A stretch of 64,000 nucleotides of DNA, taken from positions 1 to 64,000 of the IMG/VR virus record IMGVR_UViG_3300028423_001161; one strand, written 5' to 3'. The position numbers and the translations under genes were made by a program. The notes below the pieces were generated by a model. It searched no databases and was not told the DNA's origin. It saw only the letters and a program-made list of their open reading frames with translations. Positions 29,476 to 38,234 of the stretch are shown here, in pieces. The DNA comes from a virus. Every line of letters starts with the position of its first letter. Positions within the stretch are counted from its first letter, which is position 1.

Positions 29476-31178
29476 CAAAGTTCTCCTGGTTCTTCGCCGC
29501 CTGGACTTTCAGCATCTCCTAGGTCGTCTGCTCCACCTAGGTCTTCTATGCCGCCAAGATCAGCTTCGCCGCTGATGTCGCCTTCCGGAGAAGGACGAAT
29601 GCCCATGCTGCCTAGACCCGGCATGTCACTGTCGGGCATGGTGCTGGGTTTTTGCTGTTTGTTTTCTTTGCGCCACAGTTCTTCGTTTCTGCGAATCTCG
29701 TCCTCTGTGAGGCCTAGATACTTTTCTAGTTTGAACTGGTTGCTCATGAACGGAATTCCTTGCACTTGCCCAAACAGTTGTGCACGTTCTGTTTCCAGTT
29801 GTAGTTCACGATAACTGCTGAAGTTCATAGGCTTGTTGAATTCTATGTAGAAATTACCGCTGTCCACTTCGATGCCTCGGTTTTTCAAAAACATCTTGAA
29901 CTCATGATCCAGTTCTTCTTGCACTTGCCTCTGGAGGCGCTCAATGTATTTGGCAAAACGAAACTCTTGGATATAGGCAACTCCCACTTTGCCGTCATTG
30001 TACACAGCTGAGCCGTCCTCGGGTCCCGTGGGCAAGTAACTGCTGGGCACACGCAGACCGCGCATCAGGCGGTTGTTGAAGTATCTGAGATCATCAATTT
30101 GACCTAGGTTTTCACCGCCGGGCAGTGTGTCCACTTTGCTGCCGCGTCCGTCTGCTGTTTGTGCAAAGAAGTAATCTTCCAACATGCTCATGGGGTTATA
30201 GGCACTGTCAGCAATGGCATTGCCGTCTTTGTTTTTGTTGGGAATACGCTTTTGTTGTACTTCGTATTTGACCTGCTCCAGATACTGACGTGCCTTGTGT
30301 GGGGGCATGTTGCCCACATCAATGAAAAACACACGGCGTTCCGGTGCGCGGTGCACACGATAGATGATAATTGAATCTTCTAGTAGCTCTTTCTGCTTGA
30401 ATAGTTTGAACACTGGTTCTAGGATGCTCACGCCAAATGGCCACACATTGTCCATGCCTTCTGTGAGGCTGATATGCACTATGTGTTCTGCAGGCACAGG
30501 AATACCCTGTTCAACACCGTCATCACCGCCAGTGATCCAGGTGCTGCCTTGTTTGGTGTTCACAGGACTCATGATGCCTGTGATGCCTTGTCCTGCGCCA
30601 AAAGGTCTGCCGTGGATGTGAGACACCTCTGAAGCGACCTGCTCCTGCAGATTCAGTGAGAGCTCTTTGACGAAATAGGCTTCAATTTTTTTGCCTTCGC
30701 TTTCATTGACAATGACTTTTTCCACATTGGCAGGATCTACCCAGTACAGCTCGTAGGTTTCAGGATCTCTGATAAAAATCTGATCACCGTACTTGCAGGT
30801 GTTGCGAAAAATGCGAAATGCACGTTTGTGCAGCTTGTTGAGCTTGCACCACTGATACAGTGAACGCGAGAGAATTTTGCTTTCTGTGTCGGAAGGGTCT
30901 TCGGCATACTCTAGGTGAAAAGGCAAGCCTGTGCCTTCATCTTCCTGGGTGCCGAACTCAGCAATGGTATCAAGTGCAGCATTGATCTCTGAGTCACCGT
31001 CCATGTTGTCATACTGCTGATAGCGTATGAGTCTGTTGGGCGAACCTGCATATACCTCAGGCAACCAGCTGGCATAGCGGCTGCTGGATGCTCCTGCACC
31101 GTCCACAGATGATGTTCCTTGGAGATTCAGTGGCAAACCACTGTTGTCTACTGGTGAAAAATGCTTGCGCCAGCTCAT
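29475..31178 (-). CDS. gp20: portal protein
   Basis: LLEDSIIIYRVHRAPERRVFFIDVGNMP, MLEDYFF, TLPGGENLGQIDD and LRVPSS. Confidence 0.97.
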   Translation of the reverse strand: MSWRKHFSPVDNSGLPLNLQGTSSVDGAGASSSRYASWLPEVYAGSPNRLIRYQQYDNMDGDSEINAALDTIAEFGTQEDEGTGLPFHLEYAEDPSDTESKILSRSLYQWCKLNKLHKRAFRIFRNTCKYGDQIFIRDPETYELYWVDPANVEKVIVNESEGKKIEAYFVKELSLNLQEQVASEVSHIHGRPFGAGQGITGIMSPVNTKQGSTWITGGDDGVEQGIPVPAEHIVHISLTEGMDNVWPFGVSILEPVFKLFKQKELLEDSIIIYRVHRAPERRVFFIDVGNMPPHKARQYLEQVKYEVQQKRIPNKNKDGNAIADSAYNPMSMLEDYFFAQTADGRGSKVDTLPGGENLGQIDDLRYFNNRLMRGLRVPSSYLPTGPEDGSAVYNDGKVGVAYIQEFRFAKYIERLQRQVQEELDHEFKMFLKNRGIEVDSGNFYIEFNKPMNFSSYRELQLETERAQLFGQVQGIPFMSNQFKLEKYLGLTEDEIRRNEELWRKENKQQKPSTMPDSDMPGLGSMGIRPSPEGDISGEADLGGIEDLGGADDLGDAESPGGEEPGEL

Positions 31179-31232
31179 AGTATTCCTATATAGTGAAACT
31201 TGCTATTATTTATCCAATCCCACCAACAGCAA

Positions 31233-34193
31233 CTAACTATCTCGAACAGTGTCTGTGAGTTCTCGAATCAATCTATTGGTTTTGTCTGAGCTCATGGCAA
31301 TGCTGGCAAGTATTTCCTGCTGTGTTTTGTCTGTGCCACCTGCAGTTTGATTGGCAGTTTGTGCGGTAGTTTCTGTGGCCTGTGCGTTTTCCAGCTGTGG
31401 TGCAGGTGCATTTGCTCCGCCGCCTACAAGGTTCACACCGTATTCCACGATGCTTTGACCAGCACGCACTAGACCTTGGCCAATGCGCTCTGCTATGCCT
31501 TCTTCGTCGGGTTCAACACTGCGATTGACTGCTTCGATGGCTCTGGCACTGGCAAACATTGCATCACTGTCAAGGTCAGCAAATTTCTGGTAGACTTCTG
31601 CTATTTTATCCATGCTGAGTGCTGTTGCAGTGATGCCTTCAGCATTCATTGAGCCTATTCTCTCAAACAGATTCAACTGTTGGCTCTGTTTGTCTAGGTC
31701 TGCACCGCTGTCACCAAATAGACCATCTCTGCCCACTGTGCCACTGAACTCAGATAGGCTGTTTGTGATCTCTCCTATGGCCTGAGAGATGCTGACTATG
31801 TTTTCAGTGGGTATTGCACTGAGTCTTTCCACAACATCTGCTTGAGCTTCCAGCTTGATGGCTTCTGACTCTGCGCCTGCTGTTTTGATCTTGCTTACTG
31901 CTTCTGCTATTCCCTCTGCCACTGAAGCAATGCTAGTGCCGATGCTTTCCACATAAGAGCCCACACCTTCAAACACAGTCTTGATTGCATTGCCAACATT
32001 GCTGATCACAGTGCCAATGCCTTCCAGTGTGCTCTTGAACGCTTCTCCGAATGCTTCGATGCCAGGTGCAGCCACTCTCACTGCTAGTGCTATGCCATTG
32101 ATGGCCACTGTGACAGCAGCAAGTCCTGCCAGAGCTGCAGGATTAGCAAATGCTCTTAGGCCTACTGCTAGGCGTTTGAGACCAGCACCTATTCCGCGTA
32201 TCATGCCTCCGCCAGCTCTGCTTCCTGCTGTGGCCACTGTGCTTGCAGTGCTTGACGCAGCGTTGGCGCCTGCACCTGCGGCCACTTTAGCAAGCACTAT
32301 TGGTGCTGCCGCTGCCATCAGTGCTTTAACACCCACTACGCTTAGAACTCCTAGTGCAATAGCACTCCAGTTGAGGCCATCTATCTGTGTTCTAGTCTCA
32401 CCTGTTTCAGAATCCTTTACCTGTTTGGTGTCTACAAACATGCCAAACACTTTCATCAGTCCGCTGCCAATAGCAGACAGTATTTGGAATGCACTTTTCA
32501 AACCGTCAATGAAGCTTTTCACGCTTTCCTTGAACTGGTCAACATCAAAATCTTCAATGAACTGAACTACTCTATCAGTGAGTGTGCTGAGTTGTTCATC
32601 GGCAAAAACTCTTATTTTGTCTGCCAAGCTGGCAGTGGCATCGCCTGTGTCAAACAGTCTGGTGAACAAGCCCTGTGGACCTGTGAGTGCTGTGCCCACT
32701 GCAGACACACTGTTCATCAAGGACTGTAACACACTGTTTACACCTTCGCTGTCTTCTGTGAAAGCTTCAGCAAAGGCTTCCATAGGCCCGCTGAATGTGC
32801 CTGCTAGTCCTGTGAACAGTGATCCTAAACTGCCCTGCACCTGATTAAGTGCTTGATCAAAAGCCGCTGCGCCTTTGGCAAGACCTTCGACGTCAAAATC
32901 TTGACCGAGATTTTCTTCCAGATTGCGTGCGGCTGTTCTCAGTTGTGCCAGGCTCAAGGCCAGTGCTTCGCCTTGTGCACCCTGCATGGCCAATGTGGCC
33001 TGGAGTTCTTGAAAATCTGCACCGCTGAGACTGCTGGCTGCTTCCATGAACTCTTCATCGAGATTGTTGAGCATTCTCTGTGCGGCCTGAGGATCAGTTT
33101 TGCTGAGCTCGTTGGCAGCACGCACAGTTTCATTGATAGCTGTGCCTGCTTTGCTGTCCAGCACTGCCACAGCACTGAACAACTCTGCAGTGGCATCTGA
33201 TCCAAATGCCACCACTTCGGTGGCAGCGGCGCCAATGGTGTTGATGAGAGTTTGGTCAAGACCTGCAGCAGATAGATCACCAAGTGCTCTCTCTATGCCT
33301 CGTGTGAAATCTCTGGCTGCTTCAGGATCCAGTTGAGCTGCAATGCTCTGTATTCTCAGTGCGGCTTGCGCATTGCTGGTGAGTGTTTCTTCGCTGGCTC
33401 CTCTGATGTCGTCAATGCTTTTGCCTAAAAGAGTTGTGGCTTCAAGCTGTTGATCAAAGAGGTCAGCACTGCGCTTGGCGGCACGGTTTGCATCCAATTC
33501 GTTGAGTATGCCCAATCTCTGTCTGCGATCAAGATCTTCGGCCAGTATATCGCTGGCTTCCGACATGGTCATACCAAATTCTGAACCAAAGTTGCTGGCT
33601 GTGGCAAATGCACTCTGCAGTTCTCCAAAGCTCTGCTTGCCCACTGTCTGCACCACATTGCTGTAGCCTGCCAATAGGTTTGCTGCTTGCTTGGCATTGA
33701 GTCCTAGTTGACGCACATTGGAGAGTGCATCAATGGCTGAACCGCCTGCATCTGTGAAGCCAACACCAACCTGCGTGAGTTCGCCTAGTGTGCTACCCAC
33801 ATTGAGCACAGAACTCTTGAGAATGCCAAATGCAGTGATCACCCCAGGCACTGCTTTCTTGCCTAGACTCATTAGACCTTGAGACGCTATCACCGTGGTT
33901 TCGCCTAGGTCTCTGGCAAAGCGGCCTCCGGCTGTGTCTTTCTCCACAGTGTCAATGAGTTCTTTGAAGTTTTCTGCTTGTTTTTTGCGAAACTCTTGTG
34001 TTTGTGCTTGCTCGTCTTTGTCTTGTTTGGTTTGTTCTTTGGCGTCATCAAGTTGTTTTTCATAGATGGCCATGGCTTCTTTGTTGCTGCCCAGCTGAGC
34101 CTCCATGATTTTTAGCATTTCCTGGCTGGTGCTCTCCAATGCAAAATTGGGCACATCAACAAAGTTGCCGTCAGGTAGTTGTATTTCAGCCAT
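31233..34193 (-). CDS. probable tape measure protein
   Basis: 986-aa Ala/Gly-rich helical protein with two hydrophobic segments and periodic aromatic/Ile repeats; divergent from gp26. Confidence 0.7.
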   Translation of the reverse strand: MAEIQLPDGNFVDVPNFALESTSQEMLKIMEAQLGSNKEAMAIYEKQLDDAKEQTKQDKDEQAQTQEFRKKQAENFKELIDTVEKDTAGGRFARDLGETTVIASQGLMSLGKKAVPGVITAFGILKSSVLNVGSTLGELTQVGVGFTDAGGSAIDALSNVRQLGLNAKQAANLLAGYSNVVQTVGKQSFGELQSAFATASNFGSEFGMTMSEASDILAEDLDRRQRLGILNELDANRAAKRSADLFDQQLEATTLLGKSIDDIRGASEETLTSNAQAALRIQSIAAQLDPEAARDFTRGIERALGDLSAAGLDQTLINTIGAAATEVVAFGSDATAELFSAVAVLDSKAGTAINETVRAANELSKTDPQAAQRMLNNLDEEFMEAASSLSGADFQELQATLAMQGAQGEALALSLAQLRTAARNLEENLGQDFDVEGLAKGAAAFDQALNQVQGSLGSLFTGLAGTFSGPMEAFAEAFTEDSEGVNSVLQSLMNSVSAVGTALTGPQGLFTRLFDTGDATASLADKIRVFADEQLSTLTDRVVQFIEDFDVDQFKESVKSFIDGLKSAFQILSAIGSGLMKVFGMFVDTKQVKDSETGETRTQIDGLNWSAIALGVLSVVGVKALMAAAAPIVLAKVAAGAGANAASSTASTVATAGSRAGGGMIRGIGAGLKRLAVGLRAFANPAALAGLAAVTVAINGIALAVRVAAPGIEAFGEAFKSTLEGIGTVISNVGNAIKTVFEGVGSYVESIGTSIASVAEGIAEAVSKIKTAGAESEAIKLEAQADVVERLSAIPTENIVSISQAIGEITNSLSEFSGTVGRDGLFGDSGADLDKQSQQLNLFERIGSMNAEGITATALSMDKIAEVYQKFADLDSDAMFASARAIEAVNRSVEPDEEGIAERIGQGLVRAGQSIVEYGVNLVGGGANAPAPQLENAQATETTAQTANQTAGGTDKTQQEILASIAMSSDKTNRLIRELTDTVRDS

Positions 34194-34223
34194 CTGTGAT
34201 CTCTAAAAACGGTGTTTTATGGT

Positions 34224-34261
34224 GATAAATATTGTTCACACATACACAAACAATATTTATC
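34224..34261. promoter_or_regulatory. pair of face-to-face late promoters forming a perfect 13-bp inverted repeat
   Basis: GATAAATATTGTT (34224-34236) and AACAATATTTATC (34249-34261). Confidence 0.7.
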
Positions 34262-34287
34262 TGTGCAATTAACAGGAGTTTTTACAG

Positions 34288-35139
34288 ATGACAAACACAC
34301 ACAATCCACTCAGTGGATACTTTCGTTCTCCCAAGCTGTACACTCGTATTCCCACCATGGGTAGATTCTATGACCCAGACACACTGGAAATGCCAGAAAC
34401 CGGCGAGTTGCCAGTGTTTGCCATGACAGCCAAGGACGAGATGATCATGAAGAACCCAGATGCACTGCTCAACGGCGAAGCTGTGGCACAGGTTATCCAG
34501 AGCTGTGTGCCAGCAGTGAAAAAGCCCAGGTCACTGATCAGCAACGATGTGGACACACTGTTGATTGCAATACAGGGTGCTACACAAGGCGACGACATTG
34601 AAGTTTCTGGCAAGTGCCCAACATGTGGCGCTGAAGATCGTGGCACAGTGAGTGCAGAAGGTATCCTAGAAACCATGACCACGCTAGAAGACTCATATAC
34701 CTTTGACTTGCCCAATGGGTTGACCATTGAAATTCGTCCGTTCACCTATGAAAGCACAGTGAAAGCAGGTGTAGCCAATTTCAAAACCACACGCAGTCTG
34801 CAAAGTCTCACCAACATAGAAGATGAAATGGAACAGATGCGTGCATTCAATGAAAACTTTCAGCAGATTGCAGCCTTGAATTTTGATCTTGTGGTAGACA
34901 GTGTGGGCAGTATTTCAGGCACAGACAGTGAAGGCGAAAGATTCATTGTCACAGATCGCAACAGCATCCGCGAGTTCATGGAGAACACTGAGAGCTCTGT
35001 GGGCAAGCAGGTAGAAGAACGCATCAAAGAAGTCAATGCTGTGGGTGTGAACAAAACTGTGCAGTTGAACTGCGAAGAGCATGGTGAGTTTGAGCATGAG
35101 GTAGCGTTTGATCCTGTAAATTTTTCCACAGCTTCCTAG
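34288..35139 (+). CDS. gp26: baseplate hub assembly protein / tail chaperone
   Basis: NPL..YFR.PK, MTAKDE, LLNGEA, D.D.LLIAI, CPTC and terminal FDPVNF. Confidence 0.8.
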   Translation: MTNTHNPLSGYFRSPKLYTRIPTMGRFYDPDTLEMPETGELPVFAMTAKDEMIMKNPDALLNGEAVAQVIQSCVPAVKKPRSLISNDVDTLLIAIQGATQGDDIEVSGKCPTCGAEDRGTVSAEGILETMTTLEDSYTFDLPNGLTIEIRPFTYESTVKAGVANFKTTRSLQSLTNIEDEMEQMRAFNENFQQIAALNFDLVVDSVGSISGTDSEGERFIVTDRNSIREFMENTESSVGKQVEERIKEVNAVGVNKTVQLNCEEHGEFEHEVAFDPVNFSTAS

Positions 35140-35360
35140 CTCACGCAGACACAGAAGATATCATAAACCTCCTAAATCGCCTGAGAAAGGAAGCAAGCAA
35201 CCTAGAAAAAAGTCTTGTGGAAATTGCTGTTTACAGCAATGGCAGTATCTCATGGCAAGATGCCTATATGATGAGCACACAAGAACGAGAACTTGCAGTC
35301 AAGGCCATCAACAACTATCTCAAAATCAAAGCAGGCAAACCTGTCACTGAAGAGCTATAG
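35124..35360 (+). CDS. gp51-like baseplate hub chaperone ORF, probably reached by -1 frameshift from gp26
   Basis: 78-codon -1 frame (FHSFLAHAD...ISWQDAYMMSTQERELAVKAIN...) with no ATG/GTG/TTG in its first 31 codons; opens just before the A AAT TTT heptamer. Confidence 0.65.
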   Translation, partial: FHSFLAHADTEDIINLLNRLRKEASNLEKSLVEIAVYSNGSISWQDAYMMSTQERELAVKAINNYLKIKAGKPVTEEL

Positions 35361-35519
35361 TCATAGATAACACGCACAGCTCTCATTTGTACACAACATC
35401 AACACAAACTACACAGGCCTAACGGCCTTTTCAAACTGCGTTCATTCATTTCGCTTTCGCTTCATTCACTCACTGGTTTGAAAGAGTCTTCCTACTCAAC
35501 AGAGTTAATCATACAATAT

Positions 35520-35885
35520 AAGAGTATTCATGTAGATAGTGAGGTCATACGAAGCCTGTTCCTGGCAACGTATGACTCCGAAACTTCATGTGAGTAGCTT
35601 CGGCCACAACGGAAGGCAGGTGTTTTCAGCACACTCCTCTGGGCTCTGACCTTACCCAACCTGCGTCGATTTTTAATGACACCTCGCTTCAGTGTGCCAA
35701 TGGGAGTTTTGTGCATGAGATTTCAACTGTTAAGACTGTGCAAACGTTTCTATCAGTGGACAGACGTTTTAGCATCCTCTCGGGTAGTGCACAGAATCAG
35801 CTCATAGCAGAAGCCTTGGCCTACCACCTCATTTCAGAGTGGATTCAGCAACGGTATTAGATCCGGCCCGTCAACCTTGTGTGCT
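35520..35885 (-). ncRNA. candidate large structured non-coding RNA (family not identified)
   Basis: Non-coding gap with many nested stems (GTCATACG/CGTATGAC, GCAGGT/ACCTGC, CTGTGCA/TGCACAG, AAACGT/ACGTTT) and GAGA/GAAA-containing loops on the minus strand. Confidence 0.5.
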
Positions 35886-35989
35886 ATGTGTGTGTTGCCT
35901 ATGAAAAATGTCAGTTGTTGTTTAAGTGCCTAGAACTAAGCCATGTGAGATAGTATGATGTGCCCTGTGATATGCCATGCGTGTGATAG

Positions 35990-36415
35990 TTATTTGCCTT
36001 TTAAGCCTTCTCTGAGTATTTTTGAACCACCAACACGTACATTGATGATTCCATTGTAGTAATCGTCCCGGAGCAGTACCTCTCTGTCAAACTGCTCTTT
36101 GGCTTCTAGATAGCTGGCAATGCCTCTGCTAGCGCAAAAATGCAGTATCTCTCTGGTGAACTGTTCTTGGCCCAGCTCTGCAACATCCTCATTGAGCTGA
36201 TCCGAACTGCCCCAGTACTCTCGCCAGTCGCTCTCTTTGGTGCCACGTCTCTTGCGTTTTTTGCCTTTGAGCGGCGGTTTAGTGGTTTTAAACTGTGCCA
36301 GCTTTTTGCCCACATACTTCTTGCCGTTGACCTTGTTTGTGATCAAGTACACAAATGCTTCACAGCCTTCAGGAAGTTCATCTATGGGTTTCCCCTTGTA
36401 TAGCCACTGACTCAT
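35990..36415 (-). CDS. minimal GIY-YIG (SegE-like) nuclease-domain protein
   Basis: FVYLITN...KKYVGKK, YWGSS, FTREIL, YLEAKEQ and YYN; no C-terminal DNA-binding extension. Confidence 0.8.
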   Translation of the reverse strand: MSQWLYKGKPIDELPEGCEAFVYLITNKVNGKKYVGKKLAQFKTTKPPLKGKKRKRRGTKESDWREYWGSSDQLNEDVAELGQEQFTREILHFCASRGIASYLEAKEQFDREVLLRDDYYNGIINVRVGGSKILREGLKGK

Positions 36416-36466
36416 CAAGGCTATTTACGAGATTCACTGATATATCCGGATGTTTCACGAAAGCCA

Positions 36467-38233
36467 TCAGTCTATGTACTCTGTGTCTGTGTTGTATTCT
36501 GTGAAGCCGCCTGTTTTGACCACAGTGAGCACGTTGTTTACTCTGCCCACCAGCTCATCTTTGTGGCTAATCAGCATGATGTTTTTGCCCTGGTCTCTGT
36601 GCATTTTTTTCAACACACTCAACGAATTTTCCACACCCACACTGTCCATGCCTGAGTCAATGAGTTCATCCACACACATTAGGTTCATGGGTCGGTTCAA
36701 GCTCTCATAGATGTCACGAAATGCCCAGCTTATGCTGAGGATCAAACGGTTGCGTTCACCTCTGCTGAGGTTGTCAAAGTCTAGGTCTCTGCCAAATTCT
36801 GTGATTTCCACGCCCAAATCACTGCCAAATTCCACTTCGTGCGGCAAGCCAATGCGCTCTAGATAGTATGCTAGACGCTGGTTGAGATAGGCAATGTTCT
36901 GATCAATGATTTTTCTCCGAATAAACGAATCTTTGCTGGTCAACAGTTTGTACAAAAACTCTTGGTGTTCTCTGAGCTCAGTGAGCTCGTTGATTTTGTC
37001 AAAGCTCACTTCTTGCAGTGCAGTTTCTCTGAGACTGTCAATTTGTTCTGTGTATGGATTTTTTTCGTGTTGTTTCTGTGCGTACTGTTCTGCCAATGTT
37101 TCTAGATTGTGTTTGTGTTCATATGCAGATTCCACACTGTCATAGAATGTGTCTTTGGCATCGGGTACCTCACCCAGTTGTTCCAGTGCTTGATGTATCT
37201 CTGTGTGGCGAGTTTGCAGTTCTTTGTTGTATTTGGTTTCTTCAGATAGTTTGTCCTGCACACTTTTGATATATTGTTCGTGTGTGTGCAAGTGGGCTGT
37301 GCCTTGACCGCAGGCCGGACATACACCTTCGTTGGCCTGTTGCACATTGTGCTCACACTCTTCTAGAGTTTTGTTGCTGCGTTCAATGGTGGTGTTCAAT
37401 TGCTTGAGCTCAGACTCCAGTGTGGATTGTGCATCTTTGAGCTCAGCAGCCTCTTGATTGTGTTTGTGTGCTGAAATCTCAGCATCCACATCCAGTTGAT
37501 CCAGTGTTTTCAGTGTGTTTGCCAGCTCTGCTAGCTTTTCATCGTGCGACCTCTGCCATGCTCGACTGCGACTCTCAATTTCAGTGATGTTCTCTTCGAT
37601 TCTCTTGTTGCTGGCCTCAATGGCATTGATTTCAATTTCTTCTTGCTTGATAAAATCTTTGGTGTTCTTGAGCTGTTCTTTGAGCACTTCTGCTTTGGCA
37701 CTGAGATCAGTGATGCCCAGCAGCTGTTCAATCATGTCACGCTGATCAGCAGCTTTCATGCTCAGGAAAGGCTCGGTGTAGGTGTTCAATGCAATGATGT
37801 GCTTGAACATGTTGTGGGGAAAACCCACAATCTTTTCGATGTGTTTCTGTGTTTCTCTGCTATCGCCTTGGCTTTCGTTGTCGTCTTTTTCAACACCGTT
37901 CACATAGAGTTTGAGCACATTGGGCTTTCTGCCTCGCTCAATGCGATAGTCCACATCGTCAATTTCAAAGTCAACACTCACCATCATGCCCTTGCCGTTG
38001 GTCTTGTTGATGAGATTATCTCGGCGAATATTGGTGAGTGCTTCTCCATAGAGACCATAGCTGAGTGCATTGATAATGGTGGTTTTGCCTGTGCCGTTTC
38101 TGCTGCCTTCGCCGCCCAAGTCAAGATTGTGCCCCAGCACCAATGTGAGCTGACTGTTTTCAAAGTTTACTGCTTGAGTTTGTGCGCCAATGCTCATGAA
38201 GTTGCGTGCACTGACATTCTTGATTTTCAGCAC
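36467..38233 (-). CDS. gp46: recombination endonuclease ATPase subunit (Rad50/SbcC-like)
   Basis: Walker A NGTGKT, CPAC zinc hook, LSRGE signature, VDE Walker B and ISH; GTG start. Confidence 0.95.
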   Translation of the reverse strand: MLKIKNVSARNFMSIGAQTQAVNFENSQLTLVLGHNLDLGGEGSRNGTGKTTIINALSYGLYGEALTNIRRDNLINKTNGKGMMVSVDFEIDDVDYRIERGRKPNVLKLYVNGVEKDDNESQGDSRETQKHIEKIVGFPHNMFKHIIALNTYTEPFLSMKAADQRDMIEQLLGITDLSAKAEVLKEQLKNTKDFIKQEEIEINAIEASNKRIEENITEIESRSRAWQRSHDEKLAELANTLKTLDQLDVDAEISAHKHNQEAAELKDAQSTLESELKQLNTTIERSNKTLEECEHNVQQANEGVCPACGQGTAHLHTHEQYIKSVQDKLSEETKYNKELQTRHTEIHQALEQLGEVPDAKDTFYDSVESAYEHKHNLETLAEQYAQKQHEKNPYTEQIDSLRETALQEVSFDKINELTELREHQEFLYKLLTSKDSFIRRKIIDQNIAYLNQRLAYYLERIGLPHEVEFGSDLGVEITEFGRDLDFDNLSRGERNRLILSISWAFRDIYESLNRPMNLMCVDELIDSGMDSVGVENSLSVLKKMHRDQGKNIMLISHKDELVGRVNNVLTVVKTGGFTEYNTDTEYID

Positions 38234-38234
38234 T

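Noticed and set aside
35528-35716. 62-aa minus-strand ORF in the intergenic gap
   Set aside because: No RBS, atypical composition, and it overlaps the strongest predicted helices; more likely incidental
35520-35885. Identification of the structured region as group I intron, RNase P RNA, tmRNA or tRNA
   Set aside because: It does not interrupt a gene. I found no P7 partner for the GGTCAGAGCCCA look-alike, no GAGGAAAGTCC, and no tRNA-like ends with T-loop and CCA
35990-36415. Classical mobile homing endonuclease
   Set aside because: Only the catalytic domain is present, with no NUMOD/HTH DNA-binding region and no host intron
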